Source: an uncultured Acidobacteriota bacterium (GTDB lineage Bacteria > Acidobacteriota > Vicinamibacteria > Vicinamibacterales > UBA2999). Taken from it: a stretch of 64,000 nucleotides of DNA. The notes beneath the pieces were generated by a model, which worked only from the letters and a program-made list of their open reading frames with translations, was not told the DNA's origin and did no database searches. Positions 37,294 to 48,351 of the stretch are shown piece after piece (within the stretch, counting starts at the first letter, position 1; each line of letters begins with the position of its first letter). Location of the stretch: contig CAWAQA010000008.1 of assembly GCA_963784065.1 (NCBI GenBank), positions 127,618 to 191,617 of the forward strand, read 5' to 3'. The position numbers and the translations under genes are program-made.

Positions 37294-37315
37294 GCCGGCT
37301 AAAGCCGGACCCCAC
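37294..37315 (-). repeat. REP-like palindrome (GTGG-GGTCCGGCTTTAGCCGGC)
   Basis: Same CCGGCT-NN-AGCCGG core as 44555, 47646 and 60527. Confidence 0.65.
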
Positions 37316-37421
37316 GACCGTGGGTGTGGGATGAGGGAGAGGCGATCGCAGGCCGGGTCCTTTTCGGACCCGGCTCGAGGCGGGTCAAAAAGACCCTCCT
37401 GTGGCTGACCTCGCAACCAGC

Positions 37422-38686
37422 TTATTGAACGGGCGGCGGCAGCGGACGCAGCGAGTACCGACGTTCGGGACCAGACGTTCAGCCCGTCACGCCTCGCTTT
37501 CACCTCGATGCGCCGGGTCCGTTTGAGCGGGTCCGGATTCGACGAATAGTAGCCCAGCACGTAGTAGTCGCTGGTCTCCGCGTCAATCCGCTTCAACGCC
37601 TTGTCGAAGTCGTTCTGGTTGACGACGGCGATGCCGCCGGTCTGCTCGGCGAGCACGCGCAGGCTGTCCTGGGTCTCACGCAGGTAGGTCTGCCACTCCT
37701 GCGTCTCGACCTGCTCGTCGAGATCCGGGCCCGCCACCAGGCCGCGCGGGTCGATCGTGTAGAACGTCGCGTTGGCGCGGTTGGCCGCGCGCGTGAGCTC
37801 GGCCAGCTCGCGCACGAGGTCGGCCTCGGCGAACTGCGTGCCCTGCTGCTGGCTGCGGAGGAACGGATCGCTCTGCATGTCCTGACTCTCCGTCCCGAAG
37901 TTCGACGCCATGTACTTGAGGCGCGACGTTTCGAACGGATTGAAGTCGTAGCCGCTGCTGATGTAGAGCACCGCCTTGCGTCGGTTCTGCAGCTTCTCGA
38001 GGTTCTTCATCAGGTCATTCGCCGTGGAAAACGCCACGTGCGCGCGATACCGCAGCTCGGTCGGCCCCTGCGCCCCCTGCATCCCCTTGATGATGTCGTC
38101 GGGCCTGAGGCCGCCACCCGTGACGCGGTTGATCGCGGAATCGAGCACCTGGCGGTCGTAGGTCAGCTGCTGCGAAATCGACGACGTGCCCGTCGTGACG
38201 ATCCCGAACATGTCGCCTTCGTGAATCAGGTTGCGCAGCATGCGCTTCAGGAGGTCGCGCGTTCGCGGCGTGCTGCGGAAATCGAGGTGCAGGTCGTCGA
38301 TGAAGAGGAGGAACACCCGTCCCGCGGCGTCGTTGGTCGGACGGCTCGGCGGGAGGATGATGCCCTCCTGCGCGGGCGGCGGTGGCGGCGCTTGCACGTT
38401 GTAGACACGACCGCCGTGCGTGAGCACGAGCGACACGATGTCCTGCTTCACGCCGTCTTCGAAGACCTCGAACTCCCCCGCCTTCAGGTCCGCCACGAAC
38501 TGGTCGCGGTTGTCGCGGACGATGACGTCGGTTGTCACGAGATCGACGCTGACGCGGAACGTCGGCTGCTGCGGCGCCTCCGGCGGTGGCTGTTGCGCCG
38601 GCGGCTTGCGGCTGCTGTGCCGCCGCGCCGCCCGCCATCAGGAGGGCCAATGCTCCCGCACTCAGGAACTTAGCGGTCTTTCGCAT
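37422..38686 (-). CDS. Exported VWA-domain protein (acidobacterial VWFA type), frameshifts near both ends
   Basis: Signal peptide, TFRVSVDLV..DVIVRD, FEDGVKQDI, RRKAVLYISSG, YTIDPRGL, LAEQTGG, YYVLGYYSSN. Confidence 0.88.
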
Positions 38687-38720
38687 GCGCAAAGTATAGC
38701 AGGACGTATAGTAGGGATTC

Positions 38721-39164
38721 GTGAAACGTCGATTCCGCATCGCGCTGGGCTCCGACCACGCCGGATTCACCTACAAAGAGGCCATTGAGGCCATGCTGCT
38801 CGCCGCCGGCCACACCGTTCACGACTTCGGTACCCATTCTGTCGAGCCATGCGACTACCCGGACTTCGTCCGTCCGGTCGCGCTGGCGGTCGCCGCCGGT
38901 TCGTTCGACCGCGGCATCGTCCTGGGCGGCTCAGGCAACGGCGAAGCCATCGTCGCCAACCGTGTGCGCGGCGTGCGTTGCGGCCTCTGCTGGAACGAGC
39001 AGGTCGCCATCTGGAACCGCTCCCACAACGACGCCAACGCGCTTTCCCTCGGGCAGAGGACGATCAGCGAGGCCGAGGCGCTCGCGATTGTCACCGTCTG
39101 GCTCGACACCGAGTTCGAGGGGGGACGCCACGTCGCACGGGTGCGAAAGATCGACGAGGTGTGA
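38721..39164 (+). CDS. rpiB: Ribose-5-phosphate isomerase B
   Basis: GSDHAG, DYPD, GGSGNGE, HNDANAL, FEGGRH. Confidence 0.95.
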   Translation: MKRRFRIALGSDHAGFTYKEAIEAMLLAAGHTVHDFGTHSVEPCDYPDFVRPVALAVAAGSFDRGIVLGGSGNGEAIVANRVRGVRCGLCWNEQVAIWNRSHNDANALSLGQRTISEAEALAIVTVWLDTEFEGGRHVARVRKIDEV

Positions 39165-40144
39165 TGCAGCTCGGGTTGATCGGCCTCGGACGGATGGGCG
39201 GGAACATGGCGCGCCGGCTGATGGCCGGCGGCCACCAGGTGGTGGTGTGGGATCGCAGCGCCGGACGCCGTGAAGGCGCTGGCCCGTGAAGGCGGCGGAC
39301 CCGCCGCGTCCCTGGAGGATCTCGTCAGCCGCCTTACGCCTCCGCGCGCGGTCTGGGTGATGGTGCCGGCCGGCGAACCCACGGAGCAGACGATCGCCGC
39401 ACTCGGCGGCGCTGCTCGCGGCTGGCGACGCCATCATCGATGGCGGCAACAGCTACTTCAAGGACGACGTCCGCCGTGCGCGGGTGCTCGCCGCCACGCG
39501 GCATCGACTACGTCGACGTCGGGACGAGCGGCGGCGTCTGGGGCGCGGAGCGCGGCTACTGCCTGATGATCGGCGGCCCACCGGCGACCGTCGCGCGCCT
39601 CACCCCGATCTTCCGGACACTGGCGCCCGGCACCGGATCCGTTCCTCCGACCGAAGGGATGGACGTCTCGGCCACGAGCGCGCACGAAGGGTTCGTTCAC
39701 TGCGGCCCCGCCGGCGCCGGCCATTTCGTCAAGATGATCCACAACGGGATCGAGTACGGGCTGATGCAGGCGTATGCGGAAGGGTTCGACATCCTGCAGA
39801 ACGCGTCGAGCGGCGAGCTGCCCGAGGAGCATCGCTACGAATTCGACCTCGCGGCCATCGCCGAGGTGTGGCGGCGCGGCAGCGTCGTGAGCTCGTGGCT
39901 GCTCGATCTCGCCGCGCGGGCGCTCACCAAGGACCCGCAGCTCGAGGCCTTCACCGGACGCGTGGGCGACTCGGGCGAGGGACGCTGGACCGTGCAGGCC
40001 GCGATCGAGGAAGCGGTGCCGGCCGAGGTCCTGACCGCGGCGCTCTACGCCCGATTCAGGTCGCGGCGGGATCACACCTTCGCCGAGAAGCTGCTCTCGG
40101 CGCTGCGCGCGCAGTTCGGCGGTCATGTCGAGCCCCCGCGCTGA
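39164..40144 (+). CDS. gnd: 6-phosphogluconate dehydrogenase (short type), frameshifted
   Basis: [51 protein letters not shown]. Confidence 0.93.
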
Positions 40145-41592
40145 CGCCTGCGTGCTCGTGATCTTCGGCGCGTCGGGCGACCTGACGCGCCGGAAGCTCC
40201 TGCCCGCGATCTACAACCTTGCCGAGTCGCGGCACCTTCCCGACGAGTTCGCCATCCTTGGCGTGGCGCGTCCACGAATCGATGCCGAGTCCTATCGCGC
40301 TCAGATGCGGGAGCGTGTGCGTGCGGCGGAGGGTGAGCCGCTCGAGCCCGCGAAGTGGCAGCGCATCGAGGAGCGTCTGCTACTACGTGTCCGGCGAGTT
40401 CGACGACCCGGCGCTGTACGCGGAGGTGCAGCGCGAGCTCGACAAGATTCGCGCGGCCGCACCGCGCGCCGGCGAACTACCTGTTCTACCTGGCCGTCCC
40501 GCCCGACCTGTTCGCGACGGTCGCCCGGCACCTCGCCGAGGCCGGACTGACGCGCGAGGACGAGGGGTGGCGGCGCCTGATCATCGAGAAACCGTTCGGC
40601 TACGACCTGGCGAGCGCGCGCGCCCTCAATGCGGAACTGTCGGCGGCCGGCCTTCGCGAGTCGCAGATCTACCGGATCGATCACTACCTCGGGAAAGAAA
40701 CGGTCCAGAACATCATGGCGTTCCGGTTCGCCAACGGCGTCTTCGAGCCGACCTGGAATCGGCGCTACGTCGACCACGTGCAGATGACCGTCGCCGAAGA
40801 GGTCGGCGTCGAGAACCGGGGCGCGTACTACGACCGCGCGGGCGCGCTGCGCGACATGGTGCAGAACCACATGTTCCAGCTGCTCACGCTGGTCGCGATG
40901 GAGCCGCCGATCTCCTTTCGCGCCGAGGACGTGCGCGACGAGAAGGTCAAGGTGCTGCACGCCATCACGCCGCTCGAAGCGAAGGACGTGCGGCGCCGCG
41001 CCGTACGCGGGCAGTACCGACGGGTACCGCAAGGAACCAAACGTGTCGCCGGCGTCGCGCACCGAGACGTTCGTCGCCCTCGAGCTCTTCATCGACAACT
41101 GGCGGTGGGCCGGCGTGCCGTTCTACCTGCGGACCGCCAAGCGGCTGCCGCGGCGGCTGACCGAGATCATCGTGCAGTTCAAGCGCGCGCCGTTCACGCT
41201 GTTCCGCGAGACGCCGGTGGCGTGCACGAACCCGAACGTGCTCTCGCTGCGGATCCAGCCCGAGGAGGCCATCTGCATGTCCTTCGACGCCAAGGTCCCC
41301 GGACCGCTCGAGCGGCTCGAGACGGTCAGCATGGAGTTCAGCTACGCGCGTCACTTCAAGGCCGAGCCGACCACCGGGTACGAGACGCTGCTGTTTGACG
41401 CCATGGCCGGCGACCAGACGCTGTTCCACCGCATGGACATGGTCGAGGCCGGCTGGCAGGCCGTGCAACCGATGCTCGATGCATGGGCCGCCGATCAGCA
41501 GTCGCCGCTTCCAGCCTACCCGCCAGGAAGCTGGGGACCTCCCGAGGCGGATCTGCTGCTCGAGAGGGGCGGCCGCGCAGTGGCGACCGTAA
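40125..41592 (+). CDS. zwf: Glucose-6-phosphate 1-dehydrogenase, frameshifted
   Basis: [51 protein letters not shown]. Confidence 0.95.
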
Positions 41593-42377
41593 CCGTCCTC
41601 GACGACGAAGCCGCGCTGGCCGAGGCGGTGGCCGAACGCGTCACGCGCCATCGCCGGGCACGCGACCGGCACCTCGGGCGGCGTGACGATCGGGCTCACG
41701 GGCGGACGCACGCCGGAACGTCTGTATCGTCTCGCTCGCCGATCCGGCGCGTCCGTGGCGCGAGCGCATCGACTGGCCGCTCGCGCACCTGTTCTGGAGC
41801 GATGAGCGGCACGTGCCGCCGGATCATCCGGACAGCAACTACGGCATGGCGGCGCGAGCGCTGATCGACCACGTGCCGGTCGTCCCCGAACACGTGCACC
41901 GGATGCGCGGTGAGCTGCCCGACGCAGCGCGACGCCGCGCGCGCGTACGAAACGGAACTGAAGGAAGGCTTTGCGCGGGCGCGGCGGCGCGATCAGACGT
42001 TCGATGTGCTCCTGCTCGGCCTCGGTGAGGACGCGCACATCGCCTCGATCTTTCCCGGCAGTCCGCTGTTGGAGCCATCGGGGTCAGACCCCAATCGCGT
42101 CGCGGCCGCCTGGGCGCCTCACCTGAACGCCTGGCGCATCACGCTGACGCCGCCGGCCCTGCTCGACGCGCGTGCGATCGTGATGCTGGTGTCCGGAGAG
42201 AAGAAGGCCGTGGCCGTTCACGCCGCGCTCGAGCGGCCAACCGACCTCAGACGCTGGCCCGTGCACCTGCTGCGCGATGCCGGCGACCGCGTCGAATGGT
42301 TCCTCGATCGCGCCGCCGCGGGGAGCCTCCGCCATCAAACCGTTCCCCGAGCCACGAGCGGTGATCAGCGGACCTGA
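41580..42377 (+). CDS. pgl: 6-phosphogluconolactonase, frameshifted
   Basis: LTGGRTP, DERHVPPDHPDSNY, LLGLGEDAHIASIFP, RITLT. Confidence 0.9.
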
Positions 42378-42387
42378 CGGTTCCTCG

Positions 42388-43041
42388 CTACGATGATCCC
42401 CTCATTCCACTCTTCAGGTCTTCGGTCTTGCCCGTCCGCCGCTGCTCCTCCATCGCCCGCCGGGCGGCTCGCGTGATGAGCGTCGTCGCGAGCACCGTCG
42501 TGATCAGGCCGACCGTGAGCAGCGCGTAGTACTCCAAGCCTCTGGGCGGCGCCACGCCGGCAGCGAGGGCGGCAACGTCGCCGACGACTTTCCCGTAGTA
42601 GGTGTACATCACGATCGCCGGGAGCATCCCGACCGACGCGACGAGGAAGTCCCGGTAGCGCACGTGACTGAGTCCGAGCGCGTAATTGAGCAGGTTGAAC
42701 GGGACGAGCGGGGACAGCCGCAGCAGGAACTGCACCCAGGCGCCCTCGCCGGCGACGGCTCGCCGCACGACGACCACGCGCGGGTCGCGGTCGAGCCATG
42801 AGAGGAACGACAGGCGCGTGAGGCGCACGGACACGGCGTACGCGGCGGAGGCGCCGAGCACGGCGCCGATGAAGACGAGCAGCGTGCCGCGCCACACGCC
42901 GAAGAGCGCACCCGCGGCCACGGTGAGCAGGAACGCCGGCGCCAGCGTCACGGCGGCGACGACGTAAAGCGCGATGAAGATGAACGGCGCCCAGGGCCCG
43001 AGCTCCGCGAGTCGAAGGACGACCGCGGCCAGCCAATCCAT
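42388..43041 (-). CDS. TVP38/TMEM64 (DedA/VTT domain) membrane protein
   Basis: LTVAAGALFG, LRLSPLVPFNLLNYALG. Confidence 0.9.
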   Translation of the reverse strand: MDWLAAVVLRLAELGPWAPFIFIALYVVAAVTLAPAFLLTVAAGALFGVWRGTLLVFIGAVLGASAAYAVSVRLTRLSFLSWLDRDPRVVVVRRAVAGEGAWVQFLLRLSPLVPFNLLNYALGLSHVRYRDFLVASVGMLPAIVMYTYYGKVVGDVAALAAGVAPPRGLEYYALLTVGLITTVLATTLITRAARRAMEEQRRTGKTEDLKSGMRGSS

Positions 43042-43042
43042 G

Positions 43043-43753
43043 TCACGCGTCCGGAATCGAGGGGTCGGGCAGTGAAGGCGGTGCGGGTCCTCCGGCGGCC
43101 TGCTCAGGCCTGCGCGGCCGGCGCGCCCGCCGCCGGCGTCCGGCGAACACCTTGGCAAGCCGCTCGAGCGCCTCGGAGGCTTGCTGCAAGCCGGTCGTGA
43201 TCTGATCCGCGTCGGTCCACATCGCGGGGTTCAACCGATCCACCAGCGCAAGCAGCGCGTCCTGCCGTGCCTGGTCTTGCGTCCGCTGCGGGATACGTTC
43301 GCGGATCAGCGGATACCAGTGTGCCAGGAACTGAATCTGTTCGTCCGGCGTGGCGCCTTCGATGGTGGACGGCAGCGCAGGACGCGGCGACGGCGCCGGC
43401 GGCGGCACCGGTTCGGGTCGGGCGGCCTTGACTGGGGCGGGCGCGGGGGCGGGCGGCGTCTCTTCCTCGTCCTCACCGCGGCGCCGCTTGCGGGGCCGTC
43501 GTGGGTCGGAACTGGACTCGACGACCTGCTGATTCTCGACGACGACCTGCCAGTCGAATTCGATGTCGGGGTACTCGGTTTCCAGCTGCCGGAGGGTCTC
43601 CGGTTCGAGTGCCTCGCGGCCGACCCGCACGCCCCCCGGCGTGCGGAACACGTATAGGATGCGCGACCGCTGGCGATTGCCTTCGCGGTACCAGTGCATC
43701 AGATACGTCGTCTCGTATCCGCGTTTGTCGCGAATGACGCGGAGGAATGGCAC
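43043..43753 (-). CDS. Hypothetical protein (basic N-domain, Pro-rich linker, helical C-domain)
   Basis: Intact 236-aa ORF, protein-like composition, tightly spaced in an operon. Confidence 0.75.
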   Translation of the reverse strand: MPFLRVIRDKRGYETTYLMHWYREGNRQRSRILYVFRTPGGVRVGREALEPETLRQLETEYPDIEFDWQVVVENQQVVESSSDPRRPRKRRRGEDEEETPPAPAPAPVKAARPEPVPPPAPSPRPALPSTIEGATPDEQIQFLAHWYPLIRERIPQRTQDQARQDALLALVDRLNPAMWTDADQITTGLQQASEALERLAKVFAGRRRRARRPRRPEQAAGGPAPPSLPDPSIPDA

Positions 43754-43760
43754 AGCCGCG

Positions 43761-44510
43761 CTACTTGCGTTTCTGTGCGCGCGACGCGGGCTTCTTGGCT
43801 GCCGCCCGCCGCGCCGTCGGCGCCTTCGCTCCGCCGCGGGCCGGCGCCGCGGCCTTTCGATGCGTCTTGGCCGGGGTCGCGGCGCTCCGGCGCGCCGTGC
43901 GCGCGGGGGTCGCCGGACGTGCGCCGCGCGCTCGCCCGTTGGGGCCGGAGCTGCGTGCGGATGCCGGCGCCGCTCGCGGGGCGGCCGGTTCCGGGCGCGC
44001 GACGACCGCAGGCTTTTCGGCGGGCACCGGCCGCGGCAGTTTTGGCTCGGCGGGCGCCGCGGGGCGTGTCTTCACCTCTGGCACCGCCGAGCGCTGGACC
44101 AGCGTGAACCGCATCTGGTCGCCAAACGCGCTGTATGCCCAGACCTCGGCCACGGGAATCTGGAGATCGGCGGCCATCCGGCGGGCCGTATCGATGCTCG
44201 AGACCGGGACGTACAGGTGAAAAGGGGCTCGCTGTTGCGAAAACGTCTTCCACTGTGACATCGCCTCGAGGTGATTCACCGATTCGGCAGTCTCGACCTC
44301 GACCGTGCCAAGCAGTTTCCGTCCACGTTCCTGCGAATACAGGACGAGATCGGGAAACCACGGCGACGTCCCGACCAGAACCGACGCGTTCTGTTCGTTG
44401 CCGGGATTGATCGCGACCTCGAACTTTCTCTTATATTTCGCCTGTAGCAGGCGAATAACCCGATCGTGCTCGAGCTGCTCACGGACGGGCCGCACGAGGA
44501 TGGGGCTCAA
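43761..44510 (-). CDS. PD-(D/E)xK-like domain protein with Ala/Lys/Pro/Arg-rich histone-H1-like tail
   Basis: GGAGG RBS before TTG; EHD...FPDLV...VEVET; low-complexity basic tail of about 105 aa. Confidence 0.7.
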   Translation of the reverse strand: MSPILVRPVREQLEHDRVIRLLQAKYKRKFEVAINPGNEQNASVLVGTSPWFPDLVLYSQERGRKLLGTVEVETAESVNHLEAMSQWKTFSQQRAPFHLYVPVSSIDTARRMAADLQIPVAEVWAYSAFGDQMRFTLVQRSAVPEVKTRPAAPAEPKLPRPVPAEKPAVVARPEPAAPRAAPASARSSGPNGRARGARPATPARTARRSAATPAKTHRKAAAPARGGAKAPTARRAAAKKPASRAQKRK

Positions 44511-44670
44511 CCTAACCTCCGAGGCGTGTACATACGTCTAGCTGCGCCGGAAATGCCGGCTGAAGCCGGCTGGAATATAGCACGACTTCCAGCAGCCATC
44601 ATGCCTAGGGCTGTCGCCCACAATCTCTGCCTTTGCTTGACGCTGACTCAACCGGGCTCCACAATGGGCC

Positions 44671-45078
44671 GTGCCTCCTCCCGAGGGTGACCAGACCGCT
44701 GCCCGCGTGCTCATCGTCGACGACGACGTCAGCGTCACCGACACGTTTTCCCGGATGCTGCGCCTTGAAGGATACGAGGTATGGGCGGCGCTCTCTGCCG
44801 ACGAAGGGCTCACGCTTGCACAAAAGCATCGGCCCCATGCCGTGATCCTCGACCTGCGGATGCCGCTCACGAGCGGACTGCAGTTCCTGCGCGCCATCCG
44901 CGCCATCCCCGGCCTGACCAACACGCCGGTCGCGATCGTCACGGGCGACTACTACCTCGACGAAGCCCAGGCCGCCGAGATCAAGGCGCTCGGCGCCGAG
45001 CTGCGCTACAAGCCGCTCTGGCTCGAGGAGCTGGTGACGCTGGCGCGAGAGCTGTTGAACATTCCGGTGCGCGATTGA
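44671..45078 (+). CDS. Single-domain response regulator
   Basis: VLIVDDD, LDLRMP, VTG, KP; promoter TTGACG-N17-CACAAT. Confidence 0.9.
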   Translation: MPPPEGDQTAARVLIVDDDVSVTDTFSRMLRLEGYEVWAALSADEGLTLAQKHRPHAVILDLRMPLTSGLQFLRAIRAIPGLTNTPVAIVTGDYYLDEAQAAEIKALGAELRYKPLWLEELVTLARELLNIPVRD

Positions 45079-45211
45079 GGAAGCTGGCAGCACGCAGCGT
45101 GCGGCCCGCCGTAGATCTCGGTCGGCGCGGCCCTGTGCAGGCGCGTCGTTCTTCACCCCGGTGATTCATCACCACGTACACTGCCAGCTGCCGGCAGCCG
45201 GCTCACGCTGA

Positions 45212-46246
45212 ATGGCTAATTCCCGTTTCCTGAAAGCCTGCCGGCGCGAGCCGGTCGATGCCACACCGGTCTGGTTCATGCGCCAGGCCGGGCGATACAT
45301 GGCGGAGTACCGGGCGCTCCGCGAACGGCATTCGCTGCTCGAGATCTGCCGCACGCCCGACCTGGCGACCGAGGTGACGCTGCAGCCGATCCGCCGCATC
45401 GAGGTGGACGCCGCGATCCTCTTCTCGGACCTGCTGCTGCCGCTCGAGCCGATGGGCCTCCCCTTCGATTTCGTGAAGGGCGAGGGGCCGCAGATCGAGC
45501 GGCCCATCGCCTCCGTTGATGACATCGACCGTTTGCGGCTGTTCGACCCGCGCGAGTCGTTGTCGCACGTCCTCGAGGCGATCGGACAGATCCAGCGGGA
45601 ACTGGCCGGGCGCGTGCCGCTCATCGGGTTCTCCGGCGCCCCGTTCACGCTGGCGTCGTACGCAATTGAAGGCGGGCACTCGAACAACTTCGCCAAGACG
45701 AAAGCACTGATGTACGGCCACCCGGATGCGTGGCACCGCCTCTGCGACAAGTTCGCGACCGTCGTCGCCGACTACTTGTCCGCACAGATTGACGCCGGCG
45801 TGGATGCCGTGCAGGTGTTCGACTCCTGGGTCGGCGCGCTCGGCCCCGCCGATTACCGCGAGTTCGCGCTGCCGCACACCCAGAAGATCTTCACGGCGAT
45901 CGAGGGGCGCGTCCCGACGATTCACTTCGGGACCGGCACGGCAACGACGCTCGATCTGCTGCGGGAGGCGGGCGGCGACGTCATCGGCGCCGACTGGCGC
46001 ATCCCGATCGACACCGCGTGGGAGCGGATCGGCTTCGACCGCGCGGTGCAGGGCAACCTCGACCCCACGTTACTGCTCGGCCCGATGCAGCGGCTGTTCG
46101 CGCAGGCCGAAGACATCCTCGAGCGCGTGAACGGGCGCCCGGGTCACATCTTCAACCTGGGTCACGGCATCCTGCCGTCGACGCCGGTCGAACACGTGCA
46201 GCGCCTGGCGCAGTACGTTCACAGTGCCTCCCGCCGACGTTCTTGA
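45212..46246 (+). CDS. hemE: Uroporphyrinogen decarboxylase
   Basis: PVWFMRQAGRY, DAAILFSD, GAPFTLASY, QGNLDP, HIFNLGHG. Confidence 0.97.
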   Translation: MANSRFLKACRREPVDATPVWFMRQAGRYMAEYRALRERHSLLEICRTPDLATEVTLQPIRRIEVDAAILFSDLLLPLEPMGLPFDFVKGEGPQIERPIASVDDIDRLRLFDPRESLSHVLEAIGQIQRELAGRVPLIGFSGAPFTLASYAIEGGHSNNFAKTKALMYGHPDAWHRLCDKFATVVADYLSAQIDAGVDAVQVFDSWVGALGPADYREFALPHTQKIFTAIEGRVPTIHFGTGTATTLDLLREAGGDVIGADWRIPIDTAWERIGFDRAVQGNLDPTLLLGPMQRLFAQAEDILERVNGRPGHIFNLGHGILPSTPVEHVQRLAQYVHSASRRRS

Positions 46247-47606
46247 CGTCGCCGTCATCGGCGGCGGCATCGCGGGACTCGCCGCCGCGTACGAATTGCA
46301 GCGCCGCGGGCTTCGCGCGCGCGTGCTCGAAGCCGGCGCCCGCGCCGGCGGCGTCATCGTCACCACACGCCGCGACGGCTGGGTGGTCGACGGCGGACCG
46401 GACTCGATGCTCGTCCAGAAGCCGGCAGCCGTCGCGCTCTGCCGCGAGCTCGGTATCGCGGATCGGCTCGTCTCCACCCTCCAGCCGCGCACCGCGTACG
46501 TCATGCGTGATGGCCGGCTGCACCCGATCGTCGAAGGATCGTTCCTCGGGTTCCCCGTCCGAGCCGGCGCGCTGGTGCGGTCGTCGCTCTTCACCGCCGG
46601 GGGGAAGCTGCGGATGGCCTGCGAGCCGTTCATCCCGAGGGCCGGCGGTGACGAGGACGAGTCGATCGCGTCCTTCGTGCGGCGGCGCTTCGGAGAGGAG
46701 GCGGTGGACTACCTGGCGGAGCCGCTGCTCGCCGGCATCCACGCGGGCGACGTCGACCGGCTGTCCATGCGGGCGCTGTTTCCGCGGCTGGTCGATGCAG
46801 AACGGCAGGCGGGCAGCGTCATCCGGTCGTTCCGCGCGCTGCGCGTGACGCCGTCGCCACAAGGCGCCTTCGTGTCGTTGCCGGGCGGAACCGGCGAGCT
46901 CGTTGACGCGCTGAGCGGCGCGCTCGCCCCTGGCACCGTCATGCTTTCCGCGAGGGTGACCGAGCTCCGCCGCGCCGGCGAGTACACCGTGGAATCGTCG
47001 GCGGGGACGTTGCACGCGAAATCGGTGATTCTCAGCGTGCCGGCTCATGCGGCGGCGAACCTGCTGCGCGGGTTCGACACGACGCTGGCAGGGCTGTGCG
47101 ACAGCATCCCCTACGCGTCCACCGCGACGGTGGCGTTCGGCTACGCGCGGGATCAGATCCCGCATCCGATGCGCGGCAGCGGGTTCGTGGTGCCGCGCGT
47201 CGAGTACAGCCCGCTGCTCGCCGCCACCTGGGTCACGTCGAAGTGGCCGGGCCGCGCACCTGACGGCCACGTGCTGCTGCGCGGCTTTCTCGGCGGCGGC
47301 CGCGATCCGCACCGGCTCGAACAGGCGGACGAGGAGCTGATCGCCACCGCCCGCGACGCGCTCAGCGAAACGATGGACATCGCCGGCGAGCCTCTGTTCG
47401 CCGAGCTGTTCCGGTTCACGCGGCAGAGCCCGCAGTACGAAGTCGGCCATCTCGCACGCGTCGCGACGATCGATCGCCGAACCGCCTCTATTCCGGGCTT
47501 GTTCCTGTCCGGTAGCGGCTTTCGCGCCATCGGGATCCCGGACTGCATCGCGGACGGCCGCGAGACCGCCGCGCGCGCGGCGGCGTTCCTCAGCGCTTCC
47601 GCCTGA
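46224..47606 (+). CDS. hemY: HemY-type proto/coproporphyrinogen oxidase
   Basis: IGGGIAGLAAA, GPDS, EPLLAGIHAGD, PQYEVGH, GIPDCI. Confidence 0.92.
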   Translation: MPPADVLDVAVIGGGIAGLAAAYELQRRGLRARVLEAGARAGGVIVTTRRDGWVVDGGPDSMLVQKPAAVALCRELGIADRLVSTLQPRTAYVMRDGRLHPIVEGSFLGFPVRAGALVRSSLFTAGGKLRMACEPFIPRAGGDEDESIASFVRRRFGEEAVDYLAEPLLAGIHAGDVDRLSMRALFPRLVDAERQAGSVIRSFRALRVTPSPQGAFVSLPGGTGELVDALSGALAPGTVMLSARVTELRRAGEYTVESSAGTLHAKSVILSVPAHAAANLLRGFDTTLAGLCDSIPYASTATVAFGYARDQIPHPMRGSGFVVPRVEYSPLLAATWVTSKWPGRAPDGHVLLRGFLGGGRDPHRLEQADEELIATARDALSETMDIAGEPLFAELFRFTRQSPQYEVGHLARVATIDRRTASIPGLFLSGSGFRAIGIPDCIADGRETAARAAAFLSASA

Positions 47607-47678
47607 CGGCGGAAGCACACATGGGATCGCAAAATGCTCAGTGGCTTCCGGCTTCAGCCGGAAGAGTACAATCCCTTT

Positions 47679-48314
47679 GTGCGCAGCTGCATGCTCGTCG
47701 CGCTCGTCCTGGGCGTCCTGGTTTCAGTGGGAGCGCAGGAATCACGACCCACCGGCGGCATGACGCCGTCGATCGACGCCCTTCTCCGAAGCATCAAGGC
47801 CGCCGATAAGGGTCAGCTCGCGGTCTCCGAAGAGGACGGCCGGTTCCTGCGCGTGCTGGTGGCCACCCGCGGTGCGAAGTCGATTCTCGAGATCGGCTCG
47901 GCCAGCGGCTACAGCGCGATCTGGCTCGGCCTCGGTGCGCGCGAGGCCGGCGGCCGCGTGGTCGGGATCGAGTTCGACCCGCAGCGAGCGAAGGAAGCCG
48001 CCGAAAACATCCGCAAGGCCGGTCTGACCGACGTCGTCCGGGTGGTCCACGGTGACGCGTTCAAGGAGATCCCGAAGCTGCCCGGCGCCTTCGACCTCGT
48101 GTTCCTCGACGCGTGGAAGCCGGATTACAAGAAGTTCTTCGATGTCGTGTACCCGAGGCTGAATACCGGAGGCCTGTTCGTGGCGCACAACGTGGTCAAC
48201 AAGAAGAACGAGATGGAGCCATTCCTCCACGCGGTGCAGACGCATCCCTCGCTCTACACGACAATCGTCTCGCCGTCTGGCGAAGGCATGTCGGTGTCCT
48301 ACAAGACGAAATGA
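47679..48314 (+). CDS. O-methyltransferase (COMT/YrrM-like) with predicted signal peptide
   Basis: LEIGSASGYS, FDLVFLDAWK; N-terminal hydrophobic stretch ending VGA-Q. Confidence 0.88.
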   Translation: MRSCMLVALVLGVLVSVGAQESRPTGGMTPSIDALLRSIKAADKGQLAVSEEDGRFLRVLVATRGAKSILEIGSASGYSAIWLGLGAREAGGRVVGIEFDPQRAKEAAENIRKAGLTDVVRVVHGDAFKEIPKLPGAFDLVFLDAWKPDYKKFFDVVYPRLNTGGLFVAHNVVNKKNEMEPFLHAVQTHPSLYTTIVSPSGEGMSVSYKTK

Positions 48315-48351
48315 AGAGCGCTGCCGGCTGCCCGCTGCCGGCTGCCTGCTG

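Noticed and set aside
45212..47606. hemE-hemY without ferrochelatase as a novel heme route
   Set aside because: Split heme operons are common, and absence from a 64-kb window is uninformative.
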